From the NCBI GenBank assembly GCA_902477365.1, contig CABSGW010000001.1:1-34425 (forward strand): a stretch of 34,425 bases of DNA. The letters are read 5' to 3'. The number at the start of each line of letters is the position of its first letter. Within the stretch, counting starts at the first letter, position 1. A model generated the notes under the pieces. The model was not told the DNA's origin. It saw only the letters and a program-made list of their open reading frames with translations, and did no database searches. Source of the DNA: an uncultured Prevotellaceae bacterium. Lineage in GTDB: Bacteria > Bacteroidota > Bacteroidia > Bacteroidales > Bacteroidaceae. Positions 1-10,367 of this stretch are shown one piece after another. The translations under genes were made by a program, and so were the position numbers.

Positions 1-1328
1 TCAAATGGTTGGGCATCCAGTTTGACGAAGGGGTAAGCTTTGGCGGAGACCACGGCCCTTACCGCCAGTCCGAACGCCGTACCATCTACAAACAATATGT
101 AGACCAGTTGCTGGACGCAGGCAAAGCCTACATCGCCTTCGATACCCCCGAAGAGCTGGACGCAAAACGCAACGAGATACCCAACTTCCAATACGACGCG
201 CAAACACGCGGCCAAATGCGCAACTCGCTCACCTTGCCGGCTGACGAGGTAGAAGCACTTATTCAGACAGGTACACAATATGTGGTACGCTTCAAAATTG
301 AGCCGAACGAGGACATCCACGTGGCCGATCTGATACGTGGCGACGTGAAAATAAACTCGTTGATCCTTGACGATAAAGTGCTCTACAAATCGGCCGACGA
401 ACTGCCCACCTATCACCTGGCCAACATTGTAGACGACCACCTAATGGAGGTAACGCACGTCATCCGTGGCGAAGAGTGGCTGCCCTCGGCTCCGCTCCAC
501 GTGCTGCTGTATCGCGCCTTTGGCTGGGAAGCAACCATGCCGCAGTTCGCACACCTGCCGCTGTTGCTCAAACCCGACGGCAAAGGAAAACTGTCGAAAC
601 GCGATGGCGACCGGTTGGGATTCCCTGTATTTCCACTGGAATGGCACGATCCCAAAACGGGTGAGACCTCTTCGGGATACCGCGAAAGCGGCTATTTGCC
701 CGAGGCTGTCATCAACTTCCTGGCACTGCTGGGATGGAATCCCGGTACGGAACAGGAAATTCTCTCCATGCAGGAGTTGATTGACCAATTCGACATCAGC
801 AAATGCAGCAAAGCCGGTGCTAAGTTCGATTACGTAAAAGGCACTTGGTTCAACCACGAATACATTCTGTCAAAAAGCGATGCGGAACTTGCTCCAGCAT
901 TCGACGCCATATTGAAACAAAACGGCATAGACGAACCTTTGGAACGCGTACAAGCGGTTGTAGGCATGATGAAAGGACGCGTCAACTTCCTGAAAGAATT
1001 GTGGCCCCTCTGCAGCTTCTTCTTTGAAGCTCCCCAGGCATACGATGAAAAAACACGCAAAAAACGCTGGAAAGAGTCTTCGGCCCACGACATGGAACAA
1101 CTGGCCGCATTGCTGGAAGGACTGGACGATTTCTCATTGGCTAACCAAGAGCAGGTTGTCATGCAATGGATAGCGGACAACGAGTTGCACACCGGAAATA
1201 TCATGAATGCCTGGCGACTGACGCTGGTTGGCGAAGGCATCGGCCCACACATGTTCGACATTTCAGCCTTCCTCGGCAAAGAGGAGACGTTGCGCCGTAT
1301 GCGTCGTGCAATAGAAGTGCTGGGCTAA
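1..1328 (+). CDS. gltX: Glutamate--tRNA ligase (5' truncated by window edge)
   Basis: Frame is open from the window start ([10 protein letters not shown]...). Contains [29 protein letters not shown] and the KMSKS-like KLSKR motif of class I GluRS. Confidence 0.96.
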   Translation, partial: KWLGIQFDEGVSFGGDHGPYRQSERRTIYKQYVDQLLDAGKAYIAFDTPEELDAKRNEIPNFQYDAQTRGQMRNSLTLPADEVEALIQTGTQYVVRFKIEPNEDIHVADLIRGDVKINSLILDDKVLYKSADELPTYHLANIVDDHLMEVTHVIRGEEWLPSAPLHVLLYRAFGWEATMPQFAHLPLLLKPDGKGKLSKRDGDRLGFPVFPLEWHDPKTGETSSGYRESGYLPEAVINFLALLGWNPGTEQEILSMQELIDQFDISKCSKAGAKFDYVKGTWFNHEYILSKSDAELAPAFDAILKQNGIDEPLERVQAVVGMMKGRVNFLKELWPLCSFFFEAPQAYDEKTRKKRWKESSAHDMEQLAALLEGLDDFSLANQEQVVMQWIADNELHTGNIMNAWRLTLVGEGIGPHMFDISAFLGKEETLRRMRRAIEVLG

Positions 1329-2545
1329 TGTATTCACTGGCCATCTACCTATACATGTTCTGCGTAGCCGTAGCTTCGCTTTTCAACAAGAAAGCCAAGC
1401 TTATGCTACGCGGACAACACAACACCTACCGCATATTACGGGAAAAACGCGATCCGAACGCCCAGTACATCTGGTTTCACGCCGCCTCGCTGGGCGAGTT
1501 TGAACAGGGGCGTCCGCTAATGGAACGCCTACGTGCACAACATCCGGAATACAAGATTCTGCTCACGTTCTTTTCGCCTTCCGGTTACGAAGTAAGAAAA
1601 GATTATGAAGGAGCTGACATTGTGTGCTACCTTCCTTTCGACACCTCGCTCAACGCCCGCAAGTTTTTGCGGCTGGCACGCCCCTCAAAGGCGTTTTTCA
1701 TTAAATATGAGTTCTGGCAGAACTACCTGCACAAACTACATCGCAGGCACATCCCTACGTACAGCGTGTCGAGCATCTTCCGGGAAAACCAGATCTTTTT
1801 CCGTCCTTACGGTCGTGTTTATGCCGGGGTGCTGAAATGCTTCGACCGCCTGTTTGTTCAAAACGAACATTCGCGGGAATTATTGAACACTTTGGGAGTA
1901 AACCAAGTAAGTGTGGTAGGAGATACCCGTTTCGACCGGGTGATCGACATCAAACAAGCTGCCAAAGACGTTCCTATGGCAGCGGCTTTCGCCAAAGACC
2001 ATTACGTGTTGGTTGCCGGCAGTACCTGGCAGCCCGACGAAGACATCCTGATCAGTTACTTCAACCGCCATCCCGAACAACGGCTCATTCTGGCTCCTCA
2101 CGTCGTAAGCGAAGAGCATCTGTCCGAGATTGAACGTAAACTGGAACGCCCCTCACTACGTCTGTCACGTGCCACCCTTGCCAGTGCCTCGCAGGCCGAA
2201 TGCCTCATCATAGATGGCTACGGACTGTTGTCGAGCATCTACCGGTATGGACAGGTGGCTTACGTTGGAGGTGGATTCGGCGTAGGCATTCACAATGTGC
2301 CCGAAGCCGCCGTCTATGGCGTACCGGTGTTTATAGGCCCAAACAACCGGAAATTCCGCGAAGCGCAGAAACTGCTTGCTTGCGGAGGATGTATCGAAAT
2401 ACACAATGCCGAGGAGTTTGCACAAGTTGCCGACCGCTTCTTTACAAACGACACAGCGCGCAACGAAGCCGGACAGGCGGCGGGCAGTTACATTGCATGT
2501 AATGCCGGGGCTGCCCAAGCCATCTTCGAAGCGGTCACATGGTAA
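1328..2545 (+). CDS. waaA: 3-deoxy-D-manno-octulosonic acid (Kdo) transferase
   Basis: WFHAASLGEFEQ, LLTFFSPSGYE, YLPFD, GDTRFD, AGSTW and HNVPEAAVYG motifs. Start placed at ATG 1328, which overlaps the gltX stop (TAATG), not at 1166. Confidence 0.93.
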   Translation: MYSLAIYLYMFCVAVASLFNKKAKLMLRGQHNTYRILREKRDPNAQYIWFHAASLGEFEQGRPLMERLRAQHPEYKILLTFFSPSGYEVRKDYEGADIVCYLPFDTSLNARKFLRLARPSKAFFIKYEFWQNYLHKLHRRHIPTYSVSSIFRENQIFFRPYGRVYAGVLKCFDRLFVQNEHSRELLNTLGVNQVSVVGDTRFDRVIDIKQAAKDVPMAAAFAKDHYVLVAGSTWQPDEDILISYFNRHPEQRLILAPHVVSEEHLSEIERKLERPSLRLSRATLASASQAECLIIDGYGLLSSIYRYGQVAYVGGGFGVGIHNVPEAAVYGVPVFIGPNNRKFREAQKLLACGGCIEIHNAEEFAQVADRFFTNDTARNEAGQAAGSYIACNAGAAQAIFEAVTW

Positions 2546-2569
2546 CATAATTAAAACAACTAATATCTC

Positions 2570-3175
2570 ATGGAAATTATCGGACAATTGAACCTGCAGC
2601 AAATCGTGAGCGCGTTTGTCGTGCTGTTTGCCGTGCTCGACATTTTCGGATCGACTCCGATTGTCATTGACCTGAAACAAAAGGGGCGTCCGGTCAGCGC
2701 CAGTAAAGCAACACTGATATCGGGTGCATTGTTGGTGGCCTTCTTCTTTGTGGGCGACTGGATGCTAAAGTTGTTCAGTGTAGACATTGCCTCGTTTGCC
2801 GTAGCCGGTTCATTTGTCATTTTTCTGATGTCGCTGGAGATGATTCTGGACATTGAGATATTCAAAAACACGGGACCCATCAAAGAAGCGACCCTCGTAC
2901 CCATCGTCTTTCCGCTGTTGGCCGGTGCGGGTACATTTACCACTCTGCTGTCGTTGCGTGCCGAATACGAGGCTGTAAACATTCTGTTTGCACTGATTCT
3001 CAACATGCTCATTGTCTACGCCGTGCTACGTGCCACCGAGCGGGTGGAAGAGGTAATCAGCAAAAGTGCCATTTACCTGATGCGCAAGTTTTTCGGTATT
3101 ATATTGCTGGCCATTTCGGTTCGTTTGTTCACCACAAACATTGTTCCGCTCATCAGCAATTTGACAGGCCAGTAG
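2570..3175 (+). CDS. MarC family integral membrane protein
   Basis: About 6 hydrophobic segments; FVVLFAVLDIFGSTP and VPIVFPLLAGAG motifs typical of MarC. Confidence 0.88.
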   Translation: MEIIGQLNLQQIVSAFVVLFAVLDIFGSTPIVIDLKQKGRPVSASKATLISGALLVAFFFVGDWMLKLFSVDIASFAVAGSFVIFLMSLEMILDIEIFKNTGPIKEATLVPIVFPLLAGAGTFTTLLSLRAEYEAVNILFALILNMLIVYAVLRATERVEEVISKSAIYLMRKFFGIILLAISVRLFTTNIVPLISNLTGQ

Positions 3176-3190
3176 GCCGACAACCCATCT

Positions 3191-3235
3191 ATACAACAAT
3201 GGCTTCGAACTGACGGTTCGAAGCCATTGTTGTAT
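3191..3235. terminator. Inverted repeat between convergent genes, likely bidirectional terminator
   Basis: Perfect 20-bp arms ATACAACAATGGCTTCGAAC / GTTCGAAGCCATTGTTGTAT with 5-nt loop TGACG. Confidence 0.75.
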
Positions 3236-3256
3236 GAAGCCGATGACACAGAGGGG

Positions 3257-3799
3257 TCATTCAGTCGAAGTTTCGATTTTCTCTTCTTCCATGTACCAGG
3301 AAGCATACATCGGATAGTGGGACGCAATACCGCGATTCAATTCCTCGGCCACTTGCGGATCGACTTTCTTCACAAACTTAGCCGGTACGCCCGCCCACAG
3401 CTCGCCATCGCCTATCACGGTATTTTTCAGGACCAATGCACCGGCTGCCACAATGGCACCGCATCCAACCACACAATCATCCAACAGCGTAGCTCCCATG
3501 CCGATGAGCGCACTGTCCTTCACCTTTGCACCATGCAACGTCACATTATGCCCGATGGTTACATCGTTGCCTATCACAATATCCGCTTTTTGATACAGCG
3601 TATGCAAACACGAACCGTCTTGCACATTCACCCGATCGCCAATACGTATTGAGTTGACATCGCCACGGATAACGGCATTAAACCATACGCTACAATCGTC
3701 GCCCATCACCACATCGCCTATCACGGTGGCATTGTCGGCCAAAAAGCAACGTTGTCCAAACTGGGGTGTAAAGCCCCTTACCGATTTAACTAAAGCCAT
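3257..3799 (-). CDS. Gamma carbonic anhydrase family (YrdA/PaaY-like) hexapeptide-repeat protein
   Basis: IGDVVMGDDCSVWFNAVIRGDVNSIRIG, NVQDGSCLH and IGHNVTLHG (metal-binding His) motifs. Confidence 0.92.
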   Translation of the reverse strand: MALVKSVRGFTPQFGQRCFLADNATVIGDVVMGDDCSVWFNAVIRGDVNSIRIGDRVNVQDGSCLHTLYQKADIVIGNDVTIGHNVTLHGAKVKDSALIGMGATLLDDCVVGCGAIVAAGALVLKNTVIGDGELWAGVPAKFVKKVDPQVAEELNRGIASHYPMYASWYMEEEKIETSTE

Positions 3800-3825
3800 A
3801 ACTTCCTTTTTATTTGATCTTGTTT

Positions 3826-5640
3826 TTATCTTTCATCCAATGCATTACCTGCCGCATCACGTGCCACGGTAGCCTCTATCAGCCATGTCCGGTCAGCCTC
3901 GTCTGTAAGCAACGGCAACAAACGATCGCGCACGGTTTGATGGTAGTCATTCAGCCAATTCAGCTCGTCAGTCGAAAGTCGGTCCCATAAAATAGGAGTC
4001 GTATCGATAGGACAAAGCGTCAATGGTTCGAAAGTGACAAAGCGCCCGAACTCCGTTTCGCTGACAGGAACTACCAACAAGGTGTTCTCAATGCGCACAC
4101 CATACTCCCCGGCTATGTACAGCCCGGGTTCGTCTGTAACCGTCATTCCGGCCTTAAGTGGCGCCGGCATATAATTCATCCGGATTTGATGAGGGCCTTC
4201 GTGTACGTTCAGGTAAGAACCTACGCCATGCCCCGTGCCATGCCCGAAATTCAGACCTTCCTGCCACATGGCATAACGGGCACACACATCCAGCTGAGTG
4301 CCACTAGCCCCTTCGGGGAAACGGCAACGGCTTAAACAAATATGTCCTTTCAGCACCAAGGTGTAATGCAGTTTTTGTTTCTCGGTCACAGGTCCTAAAG
4401 CAATGGTACGCGTCACATCGGTTGTACCGTCCTGATATTGTGCACCGGAATCAAGCAACAGAAGCCCTTCAGGGCGTAAGGGAACATCGGTATCAGGCGT
4501 AGCTTCATAGTGCACAATAGCCCCGTGAGCCTGATAGCCCGCTATCGTATCAAAACTAATACCGCGGTACAAGGGCTGTTCGGCACGCAAGGCGGTCAAT
4601 TTACGATCGATGGAAAGTTCAGTTTCCGTACCGGCAGCCACGGCTGGTTTCAGCCAACACAGAAATTTGACCAACGCCACTCCGTCCCGTTCCATAGCAC
4701 GGCGAAACCCTTCAATCTCGGCCGTGCACTTCACCGCTTTCAGGGAAGCTACCGGCGAGGTGGCCACCCATGCCTTACAAGTGCAGGGCAATGCGGAAAA
4801 TAAAGCATCATTCGTAGATGGCGAAACCCAAACCACCTCTTCGGATACGGCTTCAAGAAACGCTGCAACCGCATCGTAGGGACGCACGGTTACACCCTCT
4901 TGCTGTAAATAACGGGCCACCTCCGCATCTATTTTAGCCGGATTTACAAATAAGTATGCCTCGGTACGGGTGAGATACAAATAACTCACAAACACCGGGT
5001 TGCAATGCACATCGCTTCCCCTAAGGTTCAACGTCCAGGCAACTTCGTCCAGAGCCGTAATCAACAGGGCTTCAGCACCGGCCGTTGCCATCTGCTTGCG
5101 TAATACTTCAAATTTCTGACGACAGCTATGCCCGGCATAGGTTAAAGGTTGTATCGTAACCGGGGAAGTAGGAATTTCAGGGCGACCAATCCAAATAGTC
5201 TTCATCGGATCGTCGGAAACAGCTTTTAATTCAATCGTGCGCTTGGCCAGTTCCTCGCGCCAACCGGAAACCACCTCGTAACGGTTTACCCAACCATCCA
5301 CACCCACAACGGCACCTGAGAGCAAGACGCGACCTAACCAATCTACAATGGTAGGAGTCTGTTCGTTCCCCTCACGCATCAACTCGAAGGGAGTTCCTTT
5401 CAACTGCTCGGCCGCTGCCAAAAAATAGCGCGAGTCGGTCCATAATGCAGCATGATCGAGCGTAACGACAGCCGTTCCGGCCGATCCGTCAAAACCGGAT
5501 ATCCAACGTCTCGACTCCCAATGTTCGGGTATATATTCTCCGGCGTGCGGATCGGTACTGGGCAAAATAAAAGCATGGAGTCCATTGTCGCGCATCCACT
5601 GACGCAACAACTCCACTCGTTGACAAATAAGCTGATTCAT
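3826..5640 (-). CDS. Aminopeptidase P (M24B, Xaa-Pro aminopeptidase)
   Basis: DPHAGEY, SGFDGSAG, DSGAQYQDGTTDVTRT, HGTGHGVGSYLNVHEGP and EPGLY...GVRIEN motifs. Confidence 0.94.
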   Translation of the reverse strand: MNQLICQRVELLRQWMRDNGLHAFILPSTDPHAGEYIPEHWESRRWISGFDGSAGTAVVTLDHAALWTDSRYFLAAAEQLKGTPFELMREGNEQTPTIVDWLGRVLLSGAVVGVDGWVNRYEVVSGWREELAKRTIELKAVSDDPMKTIWIGRPEIPTSPVTIQPLTYAGHSCRQKFEVLRKQMATAGAEALLITALDEVAWTLNLRGSDVHCNPVFVSYLYLTRTEAYLFVNPAKIDAEVARYLQQEGVTVRPYDAVAAFLEAVSEEVVWVSPSTNDALFSALPCTCKAWVATSPVASLKAVKCTAEIEGFRRAMERDGVALVKFLCWLKPAVAAGTETELSIDRKLTALRAEQPLYRGISFDTIAGYQAHGAIVHYEATPDTDVPLRPEGLLLLDSGAQYQDGTTDVTRTIALGPVTEKQKLHYTLVLKGHICLSRCRFPEGASGTQLDVCARYAMWQEGLNFGHGTGHGVGSYLNVHEGPHQIRMNYMPAPLKAGMTVTDEPGLYIAGEYGVRIENTLLVVPVSETEFGRFVTFEPLTLCPIDTTPILWDRLSTDELNWLNDYHQTVRDRLLPLLTDEADRTWLIEATVARDAAGNALDER

Positions 5641-5674
5641 GGTAACATCTATAATAAATGAGTTCTAAACAAGA

Positions 5675-5682
5675 CAAAGATA
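5675..5682 (-). promoter_or_regulatory. Bacteroidetes primary-sigma -7 box (TATCTTTG) for aminopeptidase P operon
   Basis: Match to TAnnTTTG consensus 34 nt upstream of the start codon. Confidence 0.6.
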
Positions 5683-5800
5683 CATTTTTCCAATTTTATA
5701 ATGAAACACTTTTTGCAAGGGTGTGCAAAGAAGCCCTGTTTTAGCGATTATTAACTAGAAAATAAAGGGAATACGGCACATCGGGAAAGCCGGAATTTAA

Positions 5801-5808
5801 TATCTTTG
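5801..5808 (+). promoter_or_regulatory. -7 box (TATCTTTG) for mdh
   Basis: TAnnTTTG match in the divergent intergenic region. Confidence 0.6.
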
Positions 5809-5859
5809 CAATCAAGAAAACAAAAGAGATTACACTCAATCTATTAATATTAGAATCGT

Positions 5860-6861
5860 ATGGAATTTTTGACTAACGAGAAATTGACTATTGTTGGTGC
5901 CGGTGGTATGATCGGCTCTAACATGGCACAGTGCGCTGCCATGATGCGCTTGACTCCGAACGTATGCTTGTATGACGTATACGGCCCGGGATTGGAAGGT
6001 GTTGCTGAAGAGATGGCTCACTGCGGTTTCGACGGCATGAATATCACTTACACAACCGATATGAAAGAGGCGCTGACCGGTGCTAAATACATCATCTCAT
6101 CTGGTGGTGCAGCACGTAAGGCCGGTATGACTCGCGAAGACTTATTGAAAGGTAACGCTGGTGTGGCAGAACAACTGGGTAAAGACATCAAGGCTTACTG
6201 CCCCGACTGCAAACACGTTGTTATCATCTTCAACCCTGCTGACATCACAGGTTTGATCACACTACTTTATTCTGGTCTGAAACCTTCTCAGGTAACCACA
6301 TTGGCAGCTTTGGACAGCACACGTCTGCGTAGCGCATTGTCAAAACACTTCGGTGTGGCCGAAAGCGCTGTTGAACACGCTTGCACTTACGGTGGACATG
6401 GTGAACAAATGGCTGTATTCGCTTCTACCGCCAAGATCAACGGAACTCCGTTGCTCGACTTGGTAGGTACAGACAAACTTCCCGCTGACAAATGGGCAGA
6501 GATCAAACAGGCCGTTACCAAAGGCGGTGCTAAGATTATCGAATTGCGCGGACGCTCTTCATTCCAGAGCCCATCTTATGTTTCAGTAGAAATGATTGCT
6601 GCCGCAATGGGTGGCAAACCGTTTACATGGCCTGCAGGTACTTATGTAAATTCTGGAGGTTTCAACCATATCCTGATGGCTATGGATACTATCATCGACG
6701 GTAATGGTTGTACATACAAAGATGTTCAGGGAACTCCCGAAGAAATGGCCGACTTGCAAAAGAGCTACGAGCACTTGTGTGAGATGCGCGATGAAGTAAT
6801 CGGCTTGGGCGTGATGCCTCCGGTTGCAGAATGGGGAAATATCAACCCTAACTTGAAGTAA
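5860..6861 (+). CDS. mdh: Malate dehydrogenase
   Basis: IVGAGGMIGS NAD-binding motif, RKAGMTREDLL substrate loop (Arg of MDH), NPAD, LDSTRL, GGHGE. Confidence 0.92.
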   Translation: MEFLTNEKLTIVGAGGMIGSNMAQCAAMMRLTPNVCLYDVYGPGLEGVAEEMAHCGFDGMNITYTTDMKEALTGAKYIISSGGAARKAGMTREDLLKGNAGVAEQLGKDIKAYCPDCKHVVIIFNPADITGLITLLYSGLKPSQVTTLAALDSTRLRSALSKHFGVAESAVEHACTYGGHGEQMAVFASTAKINGTPLLDLVGTDKLPADKWAEIKQAVTKGGAKIIELRGRSSFQSPSYVSVEMIAAAMGGKPFTWPAGTYVNSGGFNHILMAMDTIIDGNGCTYKDVQGTPEEMADLQKSYEHLCEMRDEVIGLGVMPPVAEWGNINPNLK

Positions 6862-6884
6862 GGAAATACTCATCCTACATAATC

Positions 6885-6920
6885 AACCAAGAGCAGGGCT
6901 TTTATCGTCCTGCTCTTGGT
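6885..6920 (+). terminator. Intrinsic terminator after mdh
   Basis: 13-bp arms AACCAAGAGCAGG / CCTGCTCTTGGTT followed by TGTTTT. Confidence 0.75.
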
Positions 6921-7015
6921 TTGTTTTAAAGAAATGGTACTTCATTACAAAGCAAGCACCGAAACCCAAGATAAAAGATTTGTAGCCAAGCGCACACTAT
7001 GTCACGGCATTTTCG

Positions 7016-7023
7016 TACCTTTG
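7016..7023 (+). promoter_or_regulatory. -7 box (TACCTTTG) for pyrE operon
   Basis: TAnnTTTG match about 30 nt upstream of pyrE. Confidence 0.55.
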
Positions 7024-7054
7024 CGACAAACAAACTTACTAAAAACCGAGACGT

Positions 7055-7690
7055 ATGAATACACTGGAAAAGATATTTGCAGAAAAGCTGTTGAACATCA
7101 AGGCTATCAAATTACAACCTGAAAACCCGTTCACCTGGGCATCGGGCTGGAAGTCTCCTTTTTATTGCGACAACCGCAAAACACTTTCATTTCCCGAACT
7201 GCGCAACTTTGTCAAATTGGAATTGAGCCGCACGGTGATGGAGCGCTTCCCTGAAGCTACGGCTGTGGCCGGTGTTGCAACCGGAGCAATCGCACAAGGT
7301 GCATTGGTTGCAGACGAGCTGGGATTACCATTTGTTTATGTACGCTCAAAACCGAAAGATCATGGCATGGAGAACCTAATTGAAGGCGAACTGCCTGCCG
7401 GATCGAAAGTAATCGTGATTGAAGACTTGATCTCAACAGGCGGTAGCAGCCTGAAAGCCGTAGACGCATTGCGCAAAGCCGGATTCGAGGTGGTAGGTAT
7501 GATCGCTTCTTACACATATGGTTTCCCCGTAGCGATAGAAGCATTCAAAGCGGCAGACGTGAAATTGGTGACACTGACCAACTACGAAGCGGTGGTAGAA
7601 GTTGCCAACGAAATCGGTTATATCCAACCGAAAGACATTGAGGTATTGAATGTATGGCGCAGCAACCCTGCGGAATGGACCGGAAAATAA
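7055..7690 (+). CDS. pyrE: Orotate phosphoribosyltransferase
   Basis: FTWASGWKSPFYCDNR, YVRSKPKDHG and PRPP-binding VIEDLISTGGS. Confidence 0.96.
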   Translation: MNTLEKIFAEKLLNIKAIKLQPENPFTWASGWKSPFYCDNRKTLSFPELRNFVKLELSRTVMERFPEATAVAGVATGAIAQGALVADELGLPFVYVRSKPKDHGMENLIEGELPAGSKVIVIEDLISTGGSSLKAVDALRKAGFEVVGMIASYTYGFPVAIEAFKAADVKLVTLTNYEAVVEVANEIGYIQPKDIEVLNVWRSNPAEWTGK

Positions 7691-7702
7691 GAAGCCGATC
7701 TT

Positions 7703-8185
7703 ATGAGTCAATATACTTTCGAAAGTGCCGTCAAGGCTATTCCATATAGCCAGGAAGTTGTTTATGCGCGTATCTCCGATCTGAACAACTTAGAAAAAAT
7801 ACGCGAACGCCTTGCCGACCCCACGGTACAAGCTGCCATCCAGCAACAAGTACCGGCAGACAAAATGGGCGATTTGCAGCAGAAACTGAGCGAAATGGAA
7901 TTTGATACCGACTCGGTGCGATTCAACGCTCCACCTATCGGTAACGTATGCCTGCATATCATAGAACGGGAAATTCCCAAATGCGTGAAATTTGAAGCAG
8001 AAGGAGTGCCGATGGCTATGAATATGTGGATACAACTGGTGCCACAGGATGACTCGAGTTGTAAAATGAAAATCACGTTACGTGCCGAACTGAACATGTT
8101 CATTAAAGGAATGGTGAGCAAGCCTCTGCAACAAGGAGTAGACCGCTTGGCCGACATGTTGGCTTCCATTCCCTATGGGTTTTAA
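7703..8185 (+). CDS. SRPBCC/CoxG-like (START-fold) protein
   Basis: N-terminal IPYSQEVVYARISDLNNL and C-terminal amphipathic helix (KGMVSKPLQQGVDRLADML) typical of Bacteroidales SRPBCC proteins; sits between pyrE and argH. Confidence 0.7.
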   Translation: MSQYTFESAVKAIPYSQEVVYARISDLNNLEKIRERLADPTVQAAIQQQVPADKMGDLQQKLSEMEFDTDSVRFNAPPIGNVCLHIIEREIPKCVKFEAEGVPMAMNMWIQLVPQDDSSCKMKITLRAELNMFIKGMVSKPLQQGVDRLADMLASIPYGF

Positions 8186-8219
8186 CAGAGGTCTATAATA
8201 TTTCAAATAACGCATACTG

Positions 8220-9560
8220 ATGGCAACTAAACTTTGGGAGAAAAACGTCCAGGTAAACGAAGCGATCGAAAAATTCACAGTCGGACAAGATCGGGAACTC
8301 GATGTTTATCTGGCTAAATACGATATTCTGGGTTCAATGGCCCATATCACGATGCTCGAGAGCATTGGACTGCTAGAAAAGGAGGAACTTCTCATCTTAT
8401 TGGCAGAATTACGAAAAATCTATGCCCAAGCCGAATGCGGAGAATTTCAGATAGAAGAAGGCGTAGAGGATGTTCACTCTCAAGTAGAAATGATGCTGAC
8501 ACGTCGCCTGGGCGATGTGGGCAAGAAAATTCATAGTGGCCGTTCACGCAACGACCAGGTTTTGGTTGACCTCAAACTATACACCCGCGACCGCATCCGC
8601 TCTTTGGCTGAACACATTGAGGTGCTCTTCCACGAACTGATAGCCCAGAGTAACCGATATAAGGATGTACTGATGCCGGGATACACACACTTACAGGTTG
8701 CCATGCCTAGCAGTTTCGGACTATGGTTCGGGGCTTACGCCGAGAGCCTGACAGACGATATGCTGTTTTTACAGGCTGCGTATAAAATGACCAACCGTAA
8801 CCCCCTTGGCTCTGCGGCCGGATATGGATCGTCTTTTCCGCTCAACCGCACAATGACCACCGACCTGCTCGGTTTCGACTCCATGAACTACAATGTTGTA
8901 TATGCTCAAATGGGACGTGGAAAGACTGAGCGCAATGTCGCTTTTGCCATGGCAAGCGTTGCCGGAACACTATCGAAAATGGCTTTTGACGCATGTATGT
9001 TCAATTCCCAAAATTTCGGATTTGTTAAATTGCCTGATGAATGTACCACAGGTTCGAGTATCATGCCGCACAAAAAGAATCCGGATGTCTTTGAGCTTTT
9101 ACGTGCCAAATGCAACAAATTGCAAGCACTCCCCCAGCAAATTATACTTATCATGAATAATTTGCCCTGCGGATACTTCCGTGATTTGCAGTTGATCAAA
9201 GAAGTATTCCTACCTGCTTTCGGTGAACTGGAAGAATGTCTGCAAATGGCTGCATACATCATTAACAAGATGCAGGTTAACGAACATATTCTTGACGATC
9301 CGCGCTACGACAACATGTTTAGCGTAGAGGAGGTAAACCGTCTGGCTGCAACCGGAACGCCTTTCCGGGATGCCTACAAACAAGTAGGACTTGCTATCGA
9401 AGCAGGCAATTTCCATCCGGACAAAAACATCCGGCACACCCACGAGGGAAGTATCGGAAACCTATGTAACGAACGTGTAGAAGCACTTATGGCCGATATC
9501 CTGAACGGATTCGGGTTCAGTCGTGTTACGGAAGCCGAACAAAATCTCTTAAAAGGATGA
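8220..9560 (+). CDS. argH: Argininosuccinate lyase
   Basis: HSGRSRNDQV, MPGYTHLQVAMP and fumarate-lyase signature GSSIMPHKKNPD. Confidence 0.96.
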   Translation: MATKLWEKNVQVNEAIEKFTVGQDRELDVYLAKYDILGSMAHITMLESIGLLEKEELLILLAELRKIYAQAECGEFQIEEGVEDVHSQVEMMLTRRLGDVGKKIHSGRSRNDQVLVDLKLYTRDRIRSLAEHIEVLFHELIAQSNRYKDVLMPGYTHLQVAMPSSFGLWFGAYAESLTDDMLFLQAAYKMTNRNPLGSAAGYGSSFPLNRTMTTDLLGFDSMNYNVVYAQMGRGKTERNVAFAMASVAGTLSKMAFDACMFNSQNFGFVKLPDECTTGSSIMPHKKNPDVFELLRAKCNKLQALPQQIILIMNNLPCGYFRDLQLIKEVFLPAFGELEECLQMAAYIINKMQVNEHILDDPRYDNMFSVEEVNRLAATGTPFRDAYKQVGLAIEAGNFHPDKNIRHTHEGSIGNLCNERVEALMADILNGFGFSRVTEAEQNLLKG

Positions 9561-10096
9561 GATACCGTTTGATAACCATCCTGCTCTGCTTACTGTTTCT
9601 TACAGCTTGTACGGAAGATGCAGAGAACACATACAGCCGTCACCGCGCTTTCTTCCGCTTTCAGCCCGTGAGTGCTGTCGCACCACTCAACAACGCACTG
9701 AACAGTATGGGGGAATTCTGCACCGTCCGACAAAACGCCACTCACTACCTGTTCAATGGTTCCGCCGGTGAGGCGAAATGGCAAAAGACCGGTGTCGATG
9801 AATATAACGCCATGCAGGCTATCGGAGGGTTCATCATCGGAAAAGCCACTCTTTCAGACATCGGAACGAACGTATTTCCTCTGCTTTGTTTCGATCTGGC
9901 CTGTTCTAATTGTTACGACGAAGCCAACATTGCACGAAACCTGAGTCTTGAAGAAAATGGCCGGGCCGTATGTACCCGTTGCCACCGCACCTACGATCTT
10001 AACAACCAAGGTATCATTGTCGAAGGCAATAAAGGGAAAAAACTTTTCCGATATCGCATTCAGTATAGCAGCGATCTGGTTATCGTACAAAATTGA
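9557..10096 (+). CDS. Lipoprotein with Rieske-like C-terminal domain (two CxxC motifs)
   Basis: Lipobox LTAC; FDLACSNC and AVCTRCHRTYDL segments; ATGA overlap with the argH stop. Confidence 0.7.
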   Translation: MRYRLITILLCLLFLTACTEDAENTYSRHRAFFRFQPVSAVAPLNNALNSMGEFCTVRQNATHYLFNGSAGEAKWQKTGVDEYNAMQAIGGFIIGKATLSDIGTNVFPLLCFDLACSNCYDEANIARNLSLEENGRAVCTRCHRTYDLNNQGIIVEGNKGKKLFRYRIQYSSDLVIVQN

Positions 10097-10136
10097 GCCG
10101 AGAAGCGTACAAAATACGTACTTTTTAAACAGAATG

Positions 10137-10168
10137 TTTGGTAGTATAAATAAAAACTACTACTTTTG
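10137..10168 (+). promoter_or_regulatory. -33/-7 promoter for tRNA pair
   Basis: TTTG (10137-10140), 20-nt spacer, TACTTTTG (10161-10168). Confidence 0.7.
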
Positions 10169-10191
10169 CAGCGTCAAAAACTACCAGACAC

Positions 10192-10264
10192 GCGGAAATA
10201 GCTCAGTTGGTAGAGCACAACCTTGCCAAGGTTGGGGTCGCGAGTTCGAGTCTCGTTTTCCGCT
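10192..10264 (+). tRNA. tRNA-Gly (GCC)
   Basis: GCGGAAA/TTTCCGC acceptor stem, D arm GCTCAGTTGGTAGAGC, anticodon arm CAACC-TTGCCAA-GGTTG, T arm GTTCGAGTC; CCA not encoded. Confidence 0.97.
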
Positions 10265-10272
10265 CAAAGGCT

Positions 10273-10358
10273 GCCCGGATGGTGGAATCGGTAGACACGA
10301 GGGACTTAAAATCCCTTGGCCAGTAATGGCTGTGTGGGTTCAAGTCCCACTTCGGGTA
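10273..10358 (+). tRNA. tRNA-Leu (TAA)
   Basis: GCCCGGA/TTCGGGT acceptor, anticodon arm AGGGA-CTTAAAA-TCCCT, long variable arm, T arm GTTCAAGTC. Confidence 0.96.
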
Positions 10359-10367
10359 CGAAGTGTT

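Noticed and set aside
9971..9985. CxxCH (CTRCH) as a c-type heme motif
   Set aside because: Better explained as the second CxxC of a Rieske-like metal site; the His is probably incidental.
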